From: an uncultured delta proteobacterium
GTDB lineage: Bacteria; Myxococcota; Myxococcia; Myxococcales; Anaeromyxobacteraceae
Reading direction: 5' to 3'
NCBI GenBank assembly: GCA_963814585.1
Contig: CAWFDF010000009.1
Span: forward strand, 160,001 to 224,000
Length of the DNA stretch: 64,000 nucleotides
In this document: one piece after another, positions 1 to 14,417 of the stretch
Layout of the letters: each line of letters starts with the position of its first letter
Position numbering within the stretch: position 1 is the first letter of the stretch
Made by a program: the position numbers and the translations under genes
The notes under the pieces: model-generated
Database searches by the model: none
What the model was told of the DNA's origin: nothing
What the model saw: only the letters and a program-made list of their open reading frames with translations

Positions 1-6
1 CAGCCC

Positions 7-22
7 CGGCACGCCGCGTGCT
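7..22 (+). promoter_or_regulatory. sigma54 (-24/-12) promoter of glnA
   Basis: CGGCAC-GCCGC-GTGCT: GG at 8-9 and GC at 20-21 with the canonical 10-nt spacing, directly upstream of glnA, a classical sigma54/NtrC target. Confidence 0.75.
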
Positions 23-61
23 AACGATCCCACCCGCAACCCCCTCTCTCACGTCGGAGAA

Positions 62-1495
<1,434 letters not shown>

Positions 1496-1522
1496 CGCAC
1501 CCGCCGCGCCGCGGCACCCCGG

Positions 1523-1548
1523 GGGCGGTCACCGCGAGGTGGCCGCCC
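1523..1548 (+). terminator. GC-rich stem-loop downstream of glnA
   Basis: GGGCGGTCACC-GCGA-GGTGGCCGCCC: 11-bp stem with a GNRA tetraloop; no U-tract. Confidence 0.5.
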
Positions 1549-1577
1549 TCGCCGTTTCCCGGTAGCTTCGCGCCGCC

Positions 1578-2783
1578 TTGAGCTTCCTCGCCCACCGCTT
1601 CCGCGCCGCCACCGGCGGCCTGCCGCCGCTCTTCTGGACGCTGTGGGCCGGCATGCTGGTCAACCGGCTGGCCTCCTTCGTCATCACCTTCCTGGCCCTC
1701 TACCTGGTCCAGGACCGCGGCTTCTCCGCCAACCGGGCCGGCCACGTGGTGGCGATCTACGGCCTCGGGCTGCTGCTGGCCGGCCCGCTGGGCGGCGCGC
1801 TGGCCGACCGGATCGGCCGCCGCCAGACCATGCTGCTCGGCCTCTCGGTGGGCGGCTGCTGCGTGGCCGTGCTCGGCTTCCTGCGCGACCCCGCCTGGCT
1901 CACCTCGGTGGCCTTCCTGGCCGCGCTCACCGGCGACACCTACCGCCCGGCGGCGCAGGCGGCGGTGGCCGACATCGTGCCGCCGGCCGACCGGGCCCGC
2001 GCCTACGGGCTCATCTACTGGGCGGTCAACCTGGGCTGGGCCATCAGCCTCTCGGTGGCCGGCTTCGTGGCCGAGCGCTCCATGCTGGCGCTCTTCCTCG
2101 CCGACGCCGCCACCTCGCTGGCCTTCGCGCTCATCGTGCTGGCCCGGGTGCCCGAGACCCGGCCCACCCACCACGCCGTGGCGCCGGCCCTCCACGGCAT
2201 GCTGCGGGTCTTCCGCGACCGGCCGTTCATGGTCTTCCTCGGCCTGCACCTGGCCGTGCTGCTGGTCTTCACGCAGTTCCAGCTGGCGGCGCCGCTCGAC
2301 TACGCCGCCCACGGCGTCGGGCCGCGGTCCTTCTCGCTGATCATGGCGCTCAACGGCGTCGGCGTGGTGGTGCTCCAGCCGCTGCTCTCGCCCCGGCTCC
2401 ACCGCCACGACGGCGCCCGGGTGCTGGCGCTCTCCTCGCTCCTCATCGGCCTCGGCTTCGGCCTCAACGCCTTCGCCGGCTCGATCCCCGCCTACCTGGC
2501 CGGCGCCGCGCTCTACACGGTGGGTGAGGTGCTGGGCTTCCCGGTGGCCTCGGCCATCGTCGCCGACCTGGCCCCGCCCGAGCTGCGCGGCCGCTACCAG
2601 GGGGCCTTCCACATGGCCTGGGGGCTGGCCTTCACGCTCTCGCCGCTGCTGGGCGGCGAGGTGCTGCACCGCCACGGCGGGCGGGTGCTCTGGGTGGGCT
2701 GCCTCCTGGCCGGGGCGGTGGCGGCGGCGCTGCACCTGGCGGCCGGGCCGGCGCGGCGGCGGCGGCTGGCCCGGGCGCCCTGA
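1578..2783 (+). CDS. MFS transporter (drug/H+ antiporter-like)
   Basis: Motif A GGALADRIGRR, about 12 hydrophobic segments, APPELRGRYQG repeat motif. Confidence 0.92.
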   Translation: MSFLAHRFRAATGGLPPLFWTLWAGMLVNRLASFVITFLALYLVQDRGFSANRAGHVVAIYGLGLLLAGPLGGALADRIGRRQTMLLGLSVGGCCVAVLGFLRDPAWLTSVAFLAALTGDTYRPAAQAAVADIVPPADRARAYGLIYWAVNLGWAISLSVAGFVAERSMLALFLADAATSLAFALIVLARVPETRPTHHAVAPALHGMLRVFRDRPFMVFLGLHLAVLLVFTQFQLAAPLDYAAHGVGPRSFSLIMALNGVGVVVLQPLLSPRLHRHDGARVLALSSLLIGLGFGLNAFAGSIPAYLAGAALYTVGEVLGFPVASAIVADLAPPELRGRYQGAFHMAWGLAFTLSPLLGGEVLHRHGGRVLWVGCLLAGAVAAALHLAAGPARRRRLARAP

Positions 2784-2831
2784 TCCGGGCGGGCCGGGGC
2801 CGCACCACCCGCGTGCTATCATCGGCCGGCG

Positions 2832-4181
2832 ATGAGCCGCCCCATCATCCTCCTCGTCGACGACAACGCCGAGCTGGTCAACCTGCTGGCCCGCCTCGTC
2901 GAGGCGGAGGGGTGGGAGGCGGTCACGGCGCTGAAGGGGCGGACCGGCCTGGAGCAGATCGCCGGGACCCCGCCGCCCGCGGTGGCGGTGGTGGACGTGC
3001 TCCTGCCCGACATGATGGGCTACGAGCTGGGGGCGGTGCTCAAGAAGGAGGGCATCCCCTACGTCTTCATGACCGGGGTGCTGAAGGGCGGCCGGGCCGC
3101 CGCCGAGGCCCGGCAACGGCACGGCGCCGCCGGCTACTTCGAGAAGCCCTTCCCCGGCAAGAAGCTGATGGACGCCATCCGGGCCCTGCTGCCCCCCGAG
3201 CCGCCCAGCCACGGCTCCACGGTGCCGCCGCCCGAGACCACCCAGGACTTCGACGTGGACATCGCCGTCGAGACCGACGAGCCGGTCGACGCCATGGAGC
3301 TGACCGGCAAGGTGACGTTCACGGAAGGTGGCAAGGTCTCGGCGGTGCTGCACGGCGACCTGGTCACCGCCGCGCCGCTGGGCGCCCCGGCCCAGCCGCC
3401 GCCCCCCTCGCCGGCCCCCACCCCGCCGCCGGCCGCCGCCTCCCATGCGGCGGCGGAGCGGGCCCGCCGCGCCACCGCGCTCCCCTCGCCGGAGGGGAGG
3501 CTCGACGAGAACCTGCCCGACCTGATCACCGCCTTCCACCTGGCCCAGCAGACCGGCGAGCTGACGGTGCAGCGCGGCAAGGTGAAGAAGACCATCTACT
3601 TCGAGTCCGGGGCGCCCTGCTTCGCCATCTCCAACCTGGTCAGCGACCGCTTCGGCCCGTTCCTGGTCCGGGTCGGCAAGATCACGCAGGGGCAGCTCGA
3701 CGTGGTGCGCGCCGCCGCCGACAAGACCGGGCGACGCACCGGCGACATCCTGGTGGAGATGGGGCTGCTCAAGGAGACCGAGAAGCTCTACTACGTGGCC
3801 CAGCAGGTGAAGGCCATCGTCTACTCGCTGTTCGGCTGGGAGGACGGCGAGTACCGGCTCCACCTCACCGACCGCGCCGCCAGCCAGGCCATCAAGGTCG
3901 GCCTGCAGCCGGCCCAGCTCATCACCCGGGGCGTGAAGAAGCTCTACAAGCCGGAGCGGCTCTACCGGCTGCTCTCGCCGGAGGACCGGCTCATCCCCAC
4001 GCCCCAGCCGGCCTTCGGGCTGCACGAGGTCGAGCTGGAGCGGTGGGAGGCGGAGCTGCTGCCGCGCGTCGACGGGACGCGCACCGTCGCCGAGCTGGCG
4101 GCGCTGGCCCGGCGGCCGGACCACGTGGTCTACGGCTTCCTGCAGGGGATGGTGGCGCTCAAGATCCTCGAGCGCCGCTGA
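2832..4181 (+). CDS. Response regulator: receiver + Pro/Ala linker + DUF4388-like domain
   Basis: ILLVDD...VVDVLLPD...FEKPF receiver; C-terminal TGELTV..KTIYFESG / LFGWEDGEY pattern typical of myxobacterial DUF4388. Confidence 0.8.
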   Translation: MSRPIILLVDDNAELVNLLARLVEAEGWEAVTALKGRTGLEQIAGTPPPAVAVVDVLLPDMMGYELGAVLKKEGIPYVFMTGVLKGGRAAAEARQRHGAAGYFEKPFPGKKLMDAIRALLPPEPPSHGSTVPPPETTQDFDVDIAVETDEPVDAMELTGKVTFTEGGKVSAVLHGDLVTAAPLGAPAQPPPPSPAPTPPPAAASHAAAERARRATALPSPEGRLDENLPDLITAFHLAQQTGELTVQRGKVKKTIYFESGAPCFAISNLVSDRFGPFLVRVGKITQGQLDVVRAAADKTGRRTGDILVEMGLLKETEKLYYVAQQVKAIVYSLFGWEDGEYRLHLTDRAASQAIKVGLQPAQLITRGVKKLYKPERLYRLLSPEDRLIPTPQPAFGLHEVELERWEAELLPRVDGTRTVAELAALARRPDHVVYGFLQGMVALKILERR

Positions 4182-4229
4182 CGGCGTGGGCCATGCCGGT
4201 GGCGCCGGCGGAGCGAGCGGCGGCGCCGG

Positions 4230-5339
4230 TCACCCGTGGGTGGGATCGGGCCCGCCCCCGCGCGCCACCTCCCCACCGCCGATCCGATCGGCCAGCGCCA
4301 GGTGCCCGGGCGTGCGCAGCGCGGCCCGCGCCGCCCGCGGATCCGGCGGCGGCCCGGCCCAGCGCCGCAGCGCCGCCACCCGCCTCGAAGCCTCGGCCAG
4401 CCGCGCCGCCGGCAGCCGCCCGGCCTCGACGGCGCCGCGGACGAGATCGATGGCCCGGTGCTGCACCGCCGCGGTGTGGCAGACGAGCAGCTGGTCGACG
4501 CCGGCCGCCAGCGCGCCCGGGGCCGCCTCCTCCAGCGGGACGGACGCGGTGATCCCCTTCATCTCCAGGTCGTCGGAGACGCAGGCGCCGTCGAAGCCGC
4601 AGGCCTGGCGCAGCAGCCGCAGCACCGCCGGCGAGAGGGTGGCCGGCCGGACCGGGTCGAGCGACTCGAAGACCACGTGGGCGGTCATCACCGCCGCCAC
4701 GCCGGCCCGCGCCAGGGCCGTGAAGGGCGGCAGCTCCACCGCCTCGAGGCGCGCCAGCGGGTGGGACAGCCGCGGCAGGACCAGGTGGGAGTCCTGGCTG
4801 GTGTCGCCGTGGCCGGGGAAGTGCTTGGCGCAGGCCGCCACCCCGGCCGACTGGAGGCCGCGGGCCAGCGCCGCGCCGAGGCGCCCCACCCGCTCCGGGT
4901 CGCCCGACAGGCTGCGGTCGCCGATGACCGGGTTGGCCGGGTTGGTGTCGACGTCCACCACCGGCGCGTAATCCTGGTCGACGCCGACGGCGCGCAGCTC
5001 GCGGCCCAGCAGCGCCCCGGCCTCGAAGGCCAGCCGCTCGTCGCCGGCCTCGCCGAGCCGGCGCATGGGGGGCAGCTCGGTGAAGCCGTGGGCCGCCCGC
5101 AGCCGCGCCACCCGCCCGCCCTCCTGATCGATGGAGACCAGCAGGGGCCTGCCGGCGGCGCGCTTCAGGGCGCCGGTCAGCTCGGCCACCTGCTCGGCGT
5201 CGACCAGGTTGCGCGAGAAGAGGATGACGCCGCCGACGCCGCGCCGGATCAGCTCCAGCACCTCCGGCGACGGCGTGACGCCGTGGAAGCCGACGCAGAG
5301 CAGCCCGGCCACCTCGCGGTCGAGGTCGGAGCGGCTCAT
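4230..5339 (-). CDS. nagZ: Beta-N-acetylhexosaminidase (GH3)
   Basis: [35 protein letters not shown] at 5339 overlaps the upstream stop (ATGA). Confidence 0.93.
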   Translation of the reverse strand: MSRSDLDREVAGLLCVGFHGVTPSPEVLELIRRGVGGVILFSRNLVDAEQVAELTGALKRAAGRPLLVSIDQEGGRVARLRAAHGFTELPPMRRLGEAGDERLAFEAGALLGRELRAVGVDQDYAPVVDVDTNPANPVIGDRSLSGDPERVGRLGAALARGLQSAGVAACAKHFPGHGDTSQDSHLVLPRLSHPLARLEAVELPPFTALARAGVAAVMTAHVVFESLDPVRPATLSPAVLRLLRQACGFDGACVSDDLEMKGITASVPLEEAAPGALAAGVDQLLVCHTAAVQHRAIDLVRGAVEAGRLPAARLAEASRRVAALRRWAGPPPDPRAARAALRTPGHLALADRIGGGEVARGGGPDPTHG

Positions 5340-7516
5340 GAGAGCAGCGCCGCCTCGGCCAGGAAGAGCGCCACCGCCGCCGCCAGCAGGATCGACCAGA
5401 GCGGCAGCCCCGGCCCGCCCCCGGCGGCGTGGCCCGGGCCGTCGACCCGCGCCGTGGCCTGGCCGCCCAGCCAGGCGGTGAGGGTGGCCGGGTCGAGCCG
5501 CCGGGTGTCCGACTCCCGGGCGTCGAGCACGGCGGCGAACGCCAGCGCCCCGTCCACCCGGGTGGCGCCGCGCTCCTCCACCTGGACCTGCCAGACCCCG
5601 GGCTGGCGGGGCGTGAAGGTCAGGTCGCTGCCGCCGTCGGCGGCCGGCGCCGAGGTCGCCCCCAGGTCCCGCGCCGGCCGCGCCGCGCCGTCCGGCCCCA
5701 CCAGCGCCGCCAGCCGCCGCCCCGGCTCGAGGTGGAGGGTGCGCGGCGAGCCGACCACGGTGGGCGTCTCGCGCCGGTCGTCGAGCGCCCCGGAGAGCCA
5801 GCCGGCGAACCGCTGCATGGCGGGGAGGAAGCTGGTGCGGAGCGGCCAGTCGGTCCACTCGCGGTCGACGGTGGAGGTGTAGAGCAGCACCCGCCCCTTG
5901 CCGCGCCGGGCCTCGACCAGCGCCGGGGCGCCGTCGTCGAAGGCGGCCAGCACCGCGGGTGGCTCGCCGCGCCCGGCCGGCCGGGTCAGCATGTAGCGCT
6001 GGAAGCGGGCCCCCTCCAGCCCCTCGCGCGCCTCGCCGGTGAAGACCGCCAGCGCTGGATGGGCCTCGTCGATGCGGGCCAGCCGCGCCCCGCCCCGCTC
6101 GGCGCCCTGGCCCGTGGCGCTCCCGGCGCTGCGCCCGGCCTCCGGGGCGGCCGCCGTCTTCACCAGGTGGAGCTGCAGCGGCAGCAGCGCGGCCAGCTCG
6201 CGGTTCACGGCGTCGGGATCGACCTGGTCGCCCATGGAGACGAAGAGCCCGCCCCCGCCGAGCACGAAGGCCTCCAGGTCGGCGCCCCGCTTCCCCACCG
6301 AGCGCACGTTGAGCAGCAGCACCACGTCGAAGGCGCGCAGGTCGGCGGTGGGGAGGGCCTCGGCGTCGATGAGGGTGGGCCGGACCGGCGAGGCCGGCGA
6401 GCCGAGCGCGGCCTCCACGAACCAGGCCTCGTCGCGCAGCTTCACCGGCGAGGGGGCCCCGTCCACCACCAGCGCCCTCACCTCGCGCGGCACCCGCAGC
6501 GCCAGCGCCCGCTCGTCGTCGAGCGGGAGGGCGTCGGCGACCAGCGCCGCGGCGAGCACGGCCGGGCCCCCGGCGGTGAAGTCGTGAGAGAAGGCCTTGC
6601 GGACGGTGGCACCCGGCGGCAGGTCGAGGAAGGCGCGCACCGCCGGGCGCGGGTCACCGGCGGCGCGCAGCGTCAGCGAGACCTCGCCGGCCCGCTCGCT
6701 CCCGGCGTTGAGCACGGTCGCCGTCACCCGGTAGCCGCGCGGACCGACCGCGGCGTCGGGCTCGGCGGCGAGCCCGGTGACGGCGAGGTTGGGCAGGGGC
6801 GCGCCGCGGGCCGCGTCCACCACCTCCACCTCGGGGCGCACCGGCGCGCCGGCCGGGCCGGGCAGCTGGGGCGGTGGGGCGTCGAGCCGCCAGGCGGTGG
6901 CGGTGAGGTCGGTCACCACCACGATGCGCCGGGCCAGCCGCTCCTGGCCGCGCCCCTCGGCCAGCCCCTGCGCCGCCGCGGCCAGGCAGGTGGTGAGATC
7001 GGCGTGGAGCGCGGTGGGCCGGGCGTCGGCGAGCAGCTGGCGGGCCGCGGCCCGGTCGAACGACGGGACCGCGGCCCGGGGCGGGCTCCCGTCGCAGAGC
7101 AGCGCCGCCACCGGCTCCTCGGCGCCGAGCCGGGCGAGCGCCGCGATGGCCTCGCGCCGGCCGCGCTCGAAGAGGCTCTCGCCGCCCAGCCGCCAGGTCA
7201 TCGAGGCGGAGCCGTCGAGCAGGATCACCGTGGCCGCCGGCCCCGCCGTGACCGCCGCCGCCGCCCCGGCCCGCTCGGCGCGCGGCCGCGCCAGCGCCAG
7301 GGCCACCGCCGCCAGCACCAGGGTGCGGGCCAGGAAGAGCAGCAGCCGGCGCAGCTTGAGCCGCCGCTCGGTCTGGCGGCGGGCCAGGAGCACGAACTCG
7401 AAGGCCGGGAAGGCCAGCGGGCGGGGGCGGCGGCGGAAGAAGAGGTGGATGAGCAGCGGCAGCGAGGCGGCGGCCAGCCCCCACAGCAGCGCAGGATCCA
7501 GGAAGGAGAGGCTCAC
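5336..7516 (-). CDS. BatA N-terminal + vWA domain membrane protein
   Basis: [21 protein letters not shown] (BatA), [13 protein letters not shown] motif, C-terminal TM helix; GTG overlaps the DUF58 stop. Confidence 0.85.
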   Translation of the reverse strand: MSLSFLDPALLWGLAAASLPLLIHLFFRRRPRPLAFPAFEFVLLARRQTERRLKLRRLLLFLARTLVLAAVALALARPRAERAGAAAAVTAGPAATVILLDGSASMTWRLGGESLFERGRREAIAALARLGAEEPVAALLCDGSPPRAAVPSFDRAAARQLLADARPTALHADLTTCLAAAAQGLAEGRGQERLARRIVVVTDLTATAWRLDAPPPQLPGPAGAPVRPEVEVVDAARGAPLPNLAVTGLAAEPDAAVGPRGYRVTATVLNAGSERAGEVSLTLRAAGDPRPAVRAFLDLPPGATVRKAFSHDFTAGGPAVLAAALVADALPLDDERALALRVPREVRALVVDGAPSPVKLRDEAWFVEAALGSPASPVRPTLIDAEALPTADLRAFDVVLLLNVRSVGKRGADLEAFVLGGGGLFVSMGDQVDPDAVNRELAALLPLQLHLVKTAAAPEAGRSAGSATGQGAERGGARLARIDEAHPALAVFTGEAREGLEGARFQRYMLTRPAGRGEPPAVLAAFDDGAPALVEARRGKGRVLLYTSTVDREWTDWPLRTSFLPAMQRFAGWLSGALDDRRETPTVVGSPRTLHLEPGRRLAALVGPDGAARPARDLGATSAPAADGGSDLTFTPRQPGVWQVQVEERGATRVDGALAFAAVLDARESDTRRLDPATLTAWLGGQATARVDGPGHAAGGGPGLPLWSILLAAAVALFLAEAALLS

Positions 7517-8415
7517 GCGGCGTGCCGCTCCCGCCGGGCCAGGAACGGCAGCAGCACCTCGTCGAGGGGGCGGTCGGTCCGGCACAGCGTGTAGTCGAGG
7601 TCGGCCTCGGCCGCCTCCCGCTTCAGCGCCGCGAGCCACGCCGCCATGAGCTGCAGGTAGCCCTTCCTCACCTCGCGCCCGGTGGCCTCGACCGAGCGCC
7701 CGTCCTCCATGGAGAGGAAGAGGGTCGGATCCTCGAAGGGGAACTCCAGCTCGGCCGGGTCGAGCAGGTGGAACACGGTCACCTCGTGGCCGCGGCGCGA
7801 GAGCTGGGCGAGGCGCTTGAGGAGCCGCTGGTCCTCGTCGAAGAGGTCGGAGAGCACCACCACCGCCGAGCGGCGCGGGGCGTGCTCCACCACCCAGTCG
7901 ACGGCGGCGTCGAGCCGGGTGGGCCCGCCGGGCACGGCCGCCGAGAGGGCGTCGACGATGGGCTGCAGGTGGCCGGCCGAGGCCTGCGGCGGGATGGCCG
8001 TGACCACCTCGCCGGCGCAGAGCACCAGCCCGGCGGCGTCGGCCTGGCGCACCAGCAGCCAGGCCAGCGAGGCGGCCAGCGAGGCGGCGTACTCCAGCTT
8101 GGTGAGCCGCTCCGGCCGCCCCTTCCAGCCCATCGAGCCGGAGGTGTCGACCACCAGGTGGCAGCGCAGGTTGGTCTCCTGCTCGAACTGCTTCACGTAG
8201 TACTTGTCGAACTTGCCGTAGGCCTTCCAGTCGATGCGGCGCACGTCGTCGCCGGGGGCGTACTCCTTGTGCTCGGCGAACTCGACCGACTGGCCGTGGT
8301 GCGGCGAGCGGTGCAGGCCGGAGAGGATGCCCTCGGTGATGCTCCGCACCCGCAGCCTGAGCGTCCCGAGCCGGGCCAGCACCTCCGGGTCGAGCAGGGG
8401 ACGCGGCGGCGCCAT
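7513..8415 (-). CDS. DUF58 (vWA-like) protein
   Basis: [32 protein letters not shown]. Confidence 0.93.
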   Translation of the reverse strand: MAPPRPLLDPEVLARLGTLRLRVRSITEGILSGLHRSPHHGQSVEFAEHKEYAPGDDVRRIDWKAYGKFDKYYVKQFEQETNLRCHLVVDTSGSMGWKGRPERLTKLEYAASLAASLAWLLVRQADAAGLVLCAGEVVTAIPPQASAGHLQPIVDALSAAVPGGPTRLDAAVDWVVEHAPRRSAVVVLSDLFDEDQRLLKRLAQLSRRGHEVTVFHLLDPAELEFPFEDPTLFLSMEDGRSVEATGREVRKGYLQLMAAWLAALKREAAEADLDYTLCRTDRPLDEVLLPFLARRERHAA

Positions 8416-8418
8416 GCG

Positions 8419-9422
<1,004 letters not shown>

Positions 9423-9426
<4 letters not shown>

Positions 9427-11063
9427 GGCGTGGCGGGTCTCCCCTGCGGCCGCAGTATCTCCGCGAAGCGCCGCTCGCGCGAGGCGGAAGCGGCGTCGCC
9501 GAGCGCCTCCTCGGCCAGGGCCAGCCCGGCGTGGATCTCCGGGTCGAACGGATCCTGCCGGTTGGCCAGCACCAGCTGCTCCCGGGCCCCGGCCCAGTCC
9601 TGGCGCTCCAGCCGGAGCCTGGCCAGCCGGACCCGCAGCGAGGGGTGGTCGGGGTTCCAGCCCAGCGCCTCGCCCAGCACCTTCTCGGCCTCGGCCTGCC
9701 GCCCGGTCTGGATGGCCACCACCGCGAACTGGCTGGCCAGCACCGCCACCCGCCCCCCGCCGCGGTCGAGGGCCTTGCGGTACTCCAGCCGCGCCGCCAC
9801 CGGGCGGCCCCGCTCGCGCATCAGCTCGCCGAGCCGGGCGAACTCGCGCGCCTTCGGGTCCTCCAGCTCGGCCCACTCGGCCCAGGGCCCGCCCAGCTTG
9901 GGGTCGTCGATGAACCTGAGCTGGTGCATGGCCTGGGCGCCGCCCCGGGGCAGCGGGCGGGTGGCGAGGTGCTTCCTCCAGGCCGCCAGGAAGGCGGGCC
10001 AGGGCATGCCGAGCGCGCCGGCCACGGCGGCGTCGGCCGGCGCGCCGCCCGCCAGCAGCTGCAGCGTCCGCGCCAGGGCCGGCGTCCCGCCCTGCTTCAC
10101 CATCAGCTCCACCGCCAGCGCCACCTCGGCGAAGGCCAGCGCCGCCTGCTCCTGGGTGGGCAGCTTGGCCATGGAGGGGTGCATCTGCTCGAAGGTGACC
10201 AGCGTGCCCCGCTCCACCGCCCGCCGGACCAGCGCCGCCGAGAAGGGCGTGAAGTCCTGCCCGCCCTCGCCGCGCCAGCGGGTCTCCAGCCACTTGGCCA
10301 GCCCCTCGTGGAGCCAGATGGGCGTGGCCGGCCCGGCGGCGCGCATCACCGCGTAGTGGACGTACTCGTGGGCGGCGGTGTCGAGCCAGTCGTAGCCGGT
10401 GAAGAGCGCCTTGGGCGACACCAGCATGAGCTTGCCGTACTTGCACAGGGCGATGGTCCCGGAGCCGCGGATCTCGGCGTCGGTGAGCGTGGAGAGGCGG
10501 GCCAGGTCGGAGACCGAACCGAGGATCTCCACCCGCACCTTCTCGGCCGGCGCCACGCCGAGGTCGGCGGCCAGCGCGGCCCGCTGCGCCTCCAGCGTCT
10601 CGAGCAGGTAGGGCACCAGGATCTCGTCCTTGCCCTTCGGGAAGGCCACCACGAAGTGCTCGCCCTCCACCTCGGCCTGGCCGCGCTGCAGCTCGACGGC
10701 GGCGCGCGCCAGCCGCAGCACGCCGGTGGGATCGGCCCCGGGGGTGGCCGCCTCGAGCAGCAGGACCGCCTCCTGGTAGCGGTGCTGGTAGAAGCGGAGC
10801 TGGCCGAGCGCCAGCCGGGCCAGCGGATCGTTGCCGTGGGCGGCGGCGGCCTCGATGACCGGCGCGGCCCCAGCCACGTCCTCGTCCTGGAGGCTGCGGA
10901 TGGCCGACGCCAGGTCGGCGGGCGGGGCGGCGGGGCCGGACTGGATCGCGGCGGGGCCGGGCTGCGTGGTGGCGTGGCCGGACGGCGTCGTGGCGCCGCC
11001 GGGCTGCGTCGAGATCGGGCCCGACGGGGCGGCCAGCAGGAGGGCGAGCAGGGTGGGGATCAC
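9423..11063 (-). CDS. Secreted TPR protein with MA-clan zinc metallopeptidase domain
   Basis: Signal-peptide-like N-terminus, HEYVH zinc motif followed by PIWLHEGLA, flanking TPR-like helices. Confidence 0.78.
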
Positions 11064-14000
11064 TTGACCAGCTCCTCGTAGTAGCGCTGCACCTCGCCAC
11101 GGTACCGCTCCGGCGCCCCCTGCTTCATGGCCTCGAGGAGGTCGCGGCGGAACTCCTCGGGCAGCCGGTGGGCCTCGGCGCCGGGGATGGCCACCTTCTC
11201 GGGGGTGGGCTCGTAGCCTTCGCCCTCGCGCTGGCCGGCGCCGCCGGTCTCGCCGAAGGGGAACGGGAAGCCGCCGCTCCCGCCCTGGCCGTGCCTGGCC
11301 GCCTGCTCCAGCCCCTTCTTGAACTGGCCGAGCCGCTCCAGGGCCGCCTCCTGCTCGCCGCGGCCGCGCTGCGGGTTGCGCCCGCGCAGCTCGGCGGCGG
11401 CCGAGCCCATGTGGCCGCGGCTCTCGCCCAGCAGCCCCTGCGCCTGGGGCGGGAAGATGGGCGCCTTCTCGGCGAGCTGCGCGAGCTTCTGCTGCAGCTC
11501 GCCGGCCTGGCGCTCCAGCCCCTGCTGCTTCCCGGCCAGCTCGGAGAGCCGCTGCCGGTCACCCGGCGTCATGGCCTGCTGCGGGTCGGGGGTGAGCTTC
11601 CGGAGCCGCTCGCGGATGCGGGCGATGCGCGGCGCCGCCTCCTTGACCTGCTGCTGCGCCGCCCGCAGCTCGCCCTGCGTCTTGCCGGTGGAGCCGGGGA
11701 ACCGCTCGGCCAGCGCGGCGTCCTCCTCCAGCGTGGCCCCGAGCCGCTGGGTGGGGACGGCCGCCCGCTGGACCTGCTCGCCGGCGGCGTCGAGGTCGCG
11801 CAGCGCCAGCGCCCGCTGCAGGTCGGCCAGCGCCTCGCGCGCGGCGTCGAGGTCCGCCTCGCCGCGGGCCGGCACGCCCGGCCGGGCCTGGTCGAGCGCC
11901 TGGCGGGCCTCGCGGGCCAGCTGCTCCAGCGCCGGCGCGCCCTGCCGGGCCTCCTCCAGCCTGGGCCCGAGCCGCTGCCGCACCTCGTTCCTCACCCGCT
12001 CGGTCTGCGCCGCGGTCTCCTGCTGCTGCCGCTCCACCTGCTCGAGCTGCTCCTTGAAGGCCAGCATCTCCTGCATCAGGGCCTGCTGCCGCTCGTCGGG
12101 CCGGCCGGCGGTCCGCTCCAGGCCCGAGGCCAGCTGGTCGAGCTGCTGGGAGAGCTGCTCGAGCGACTTCATGGCGGCGGCCACGTCGCCGCGGCGGATG
12201 GCCTGCTCGATGGCGTCGAGCGGCGAGGACAGGTCCTTCTGCTTCATGAGCTCGGCCATGGCCTCGGCGTTGAGGTGCTGGTCGTTGAAGCCGCGCGCCG
12301 TCTCGGCCATCCGCGCCTGCAGCTCCTGCATGCGGGCCCGGAGCCGCGAGAGCTGGGCCAGCGCCTCCTGCCGGGCGGCGTCGCCGGGCGCGTCGCGCAG
12401 CCGCTCCAGCACCGCCCGCAGCTCGCGCTGGCGGGTGGCGAGCTCGCGGGCCAGCCGCACCAGCTCGCCGGCGCGGGTCTTGTCGAAGAGCTGCTCCAGG
12501 TAGAGGACGTCCTTCTCCAGCTCGGCGGTGAGCAGGCCGTCGGCCCAGGCCACCTGCCCGGCCACGGCGGCCAGCGGCTGGCTGGCGGCCACCGCCCGGA
12601 GCGCGCCCTGGCGGACGGCGCTGGCCCGCTGCTCGGCGGTGCGCAGCGAGGCCGCCACGTTGGCGAGCGCCTGGGCCACCTCCCGCGGCGCCACCGGGTC
12701 GCGCCGGAGCTCGGCGGCGGTGGCGGCCAGCGCCTGGTGGATGGCGCGGGCCTTCACGTCGAGCTCGGCGGCCAGCGGCAGCCGCGCCGGGGTGGCCACC
12801 GGGCCCCCGTCCTGCAGCTCGAGCCGGTCGGCGAGGTGGCCGACCAGCCGCTCCCAGGCGGCGCGGGCCTTCTCCATGGCGGCGCGCCGGTGCTCGGCCT
12901 CGCTGTAGATCTTGATGGCCTGGGTGGCCGAGGCGCCCTTCTTCGGCCCCGAGACCGCGTCGTTGTCCTCCACCTCGAGCCAGTAGAGGAGCCGCTCGCC
13001 CTCGCCGAGCCGCTCCGGGGCCAGCGCCAGGTCGAAGCCGCCGGCGTCGCGGCGCAGGCCGGTGAGGGCCCGCAGCGGCCGCCTGGCCTCGTCGCCGCCG
13101 GGGCGGCGCAGCACCAGCGTGAGCGCGGCCAGGCCGTGGTCGTCCTCGGCCGACCACTCGACGTGGACCAGGGCGTCGGGCGCCACCTCCAGCTCGGCCT
13201 CGGGGGCCACCAGGCGGACGGTGGGGAAGGCGTCGGGCTCGACCACCAGCGGGATGGGCGGCCCCTCGGCCACGGTCGCGCCGCGGGCGGTGGCGAAGCG
13301 GAAGCGGTAGCTGCCGCCCTCGTCCACCACCATCGAGCCGGCCAGGTCGCGCCCGCCGCCGACCGCCAGCGCCACCCGGCCCGCTGCCGCGCCGTCGGCC
13401 TTGAGCAGCACCAGCTCGGCGGCCTCGACCGGGCGATCGGCGCGGGTCCGCAGCACCACCTCGGTGCCGCGCGGCGCTCGGATCTCGCCGCCGGTGCCGG
13501 AGAGGAGCTGCGGCGGCCGGCGGGTGTGGGCGGGGAAGCGGTAGGCCAGCTCGATGTCGCCGGTGATGGGCTCGAGCGAGGGAGCGGCCACGCCGGCCGG
13601 ATCGCCGGCGACCAGCCGCCGGGCGTGGCGCCAGGTGGTCCCGCCGCCGACGAGCAGGGTCGCGACGGCGAGCACGGCGACGCCGGCCGCCAGCCAGGCG
13701 GCGCGGCGGGCGCGGCGGTCGGGAAGCGCGGCGGCGAGGTCGAGGCCCCTGGCGGCGGCCTCGGTCCGGGCCAGGTGGGCGTCGAGCAGCTCCAGCGAGG
13801 CGGCGCCGGAGAGCGCCAGCCCGGGGCGGGCGCGCCCGAGCTCCACCGAGGAGATCAGGTCGGAGCGGAGGGCCGGGTCGGCGGCGGCGACCAGCCGGGC
13901 CACCGCCTCGTCGGCGGCGCTCCCCCGTCGGGCCCGCCAGAGGAGCCGGGTGGCCTGGACGAGCGCGGCCAGCCCTGCGGCCAGCGCCAGCCAGCGGACC

Positions 14001-14161
14001 GGGGCGGCGCGGAGGCCGGCCGCCAGCAGCCCGATCCCCCCCAGGAGGGCGAGGAGCACCACGGCCAGGCCGATGCCCGCCCCCTCGGCGAGCGCCAGCC
14101 GGCGGGCCCGGCGGCGGGCCCGGGCCAGGAGCCCAGCGATATCGTCAGGATGACGGGTCAA
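11060..14161 (-). CDS. DUF4175-like large coiled-coil membrane protein
   Basis: Three N-terminal TM segments, AEDDHGL / [12 protein letters not shown] motifs, long Q/E/A coiled coil, C-terminal YYEELVK; TTG at 14161 preceded by AGGAG. Confidence 0.75.
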   Translation of the reverse strand: MTRHPDDIAGLLARARRRARRLALAEGAGIGLAVVLLALLGGIGLLAAGLRAAPVRWLALAAGLAALVQATRLLWRARRGSAADEAVARLVAAADPALRSDLISSVELGRARPGLALSGAASLELLDAHLARTEAAARGLDLAAALPDRRARRAAWLAAGVAVLAVATLLVGGGTTWRHARRLVAGDPAGVAAPSLEPITGDIELAYRFPAHTRRPPQLLSGTGGEIRAPRGTEVVLRTRADRPVEAAELVLLKADGAAAGRVALAVGGGRDLAGSMVVDEGGSYRFRFATARGATVAEGPPIPLVVEPDAFPTVRLVAPEAELEVAPDALVHVEWSAEDDHGLAALTLVLRRPGGDEARRPLRALTGLRRDAGGFDLALAPERLGEGERLLYWLEVEDNDAVSGPKKGASATQAIKIYSEAEHRRAAMEKARAAWERLVGHLADRLELQDGGPVATPARLPLAAELDVKARAIHQALAATAAELRRDPVAPREVAQALANVAASLRTAEQRASAVRQGALRAVAASQPLAAVAGQVAWADGLLTAELEKDVLYLEQLFDKTRAGELVRLARELATRQRELRAVLERLRDAPGDAARQEALAQLSRLRARMQELQARMAETARGFNDQHLNAEAMAELMKQKDLSSPLDAIEQAIRRGDVAAAMKSLEQLSQQLDQLASGLERTAGRPDERQQALMQEMLAFKEQLEQVERQQQETAAQTERVRNEVRQRLGPRLEEARQGAPALEQLAREARQALDQARPGVPARGEADLDAAREALADLQRALALRDLDAAGEQVQRAAVPTQRLGATLEEDAALAERFPGSTGKTQGELRAAQQQVKEAAPRIARIRERLRKLTPDPQQAMTPGDRQRLSELAGKQQGLERQAGELQQKLAQLAEKAPIFPPQAQGLLGESRGHMGSAAAELRGRNPQRGRGEQEAALERLGQFKKGLEQAARHGQGGSGGFPFPFGETGGAGQREGEGYEPTPEKVAIPGAEAHRLPEEFRRDLLEAMKQGAPERYRGEVQRYYEELVK

Positions 14162-14172
14162 GCGGCTCCTGG

Positions 14173-14282
14173 AACTGCTCCGGGTCGGGCCATCGGACGG
14201 GCGGTCCAAACTACTCTGGGTCGGGAATCGAACTACTCCGGGTCGGGAATCGGGGCGGGGGGTTGAACTACTCTGGGTCAGG
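14173..14282. repeat. Four direct copies of a 17-22 bp motif AACT(A/G)CTC(C/T)GGGTC(G/A)GG
   Basis: Copies start at 14173, 14209, 14231 and 14266; copies 2 and 3 form a 22-bp tandem pair with one mismatch. Confidence 0.9.
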
Positions 14283-14385
14283 AGAAAACGGCGGCTCTAC
14301 GGGTAGATGGACATCGTAAGGCCTCGGCGGCGGCGGGGCCACCCTCCCTCCCGGAGGGGGTGTGGTAAGAGTGCGGTGCCGCTGT

Positions 14386-14413
14386 GAATTTCGGCCCCCC
14401 TTGCCCGTCTGGA
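14386..14413 (+). promoter_or_regulatory. ECF-type promoter, probably autoregulatory and leaderless
   Basis: GAATTT-N16-TCTGGA resembles the sigmaE consensus GAACTT-N16-TCTGA; ends 4 nt before the TTG start; no RBS. Confidence 0.55.
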
Positions 14414-14417
14414 CCCA

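Noticed and set aside
14173..14282. Mini CRISPR array
   Set aside because: Repeats of 17-22 bp, gaps under 20 bp and irregular, no cas genes in the window
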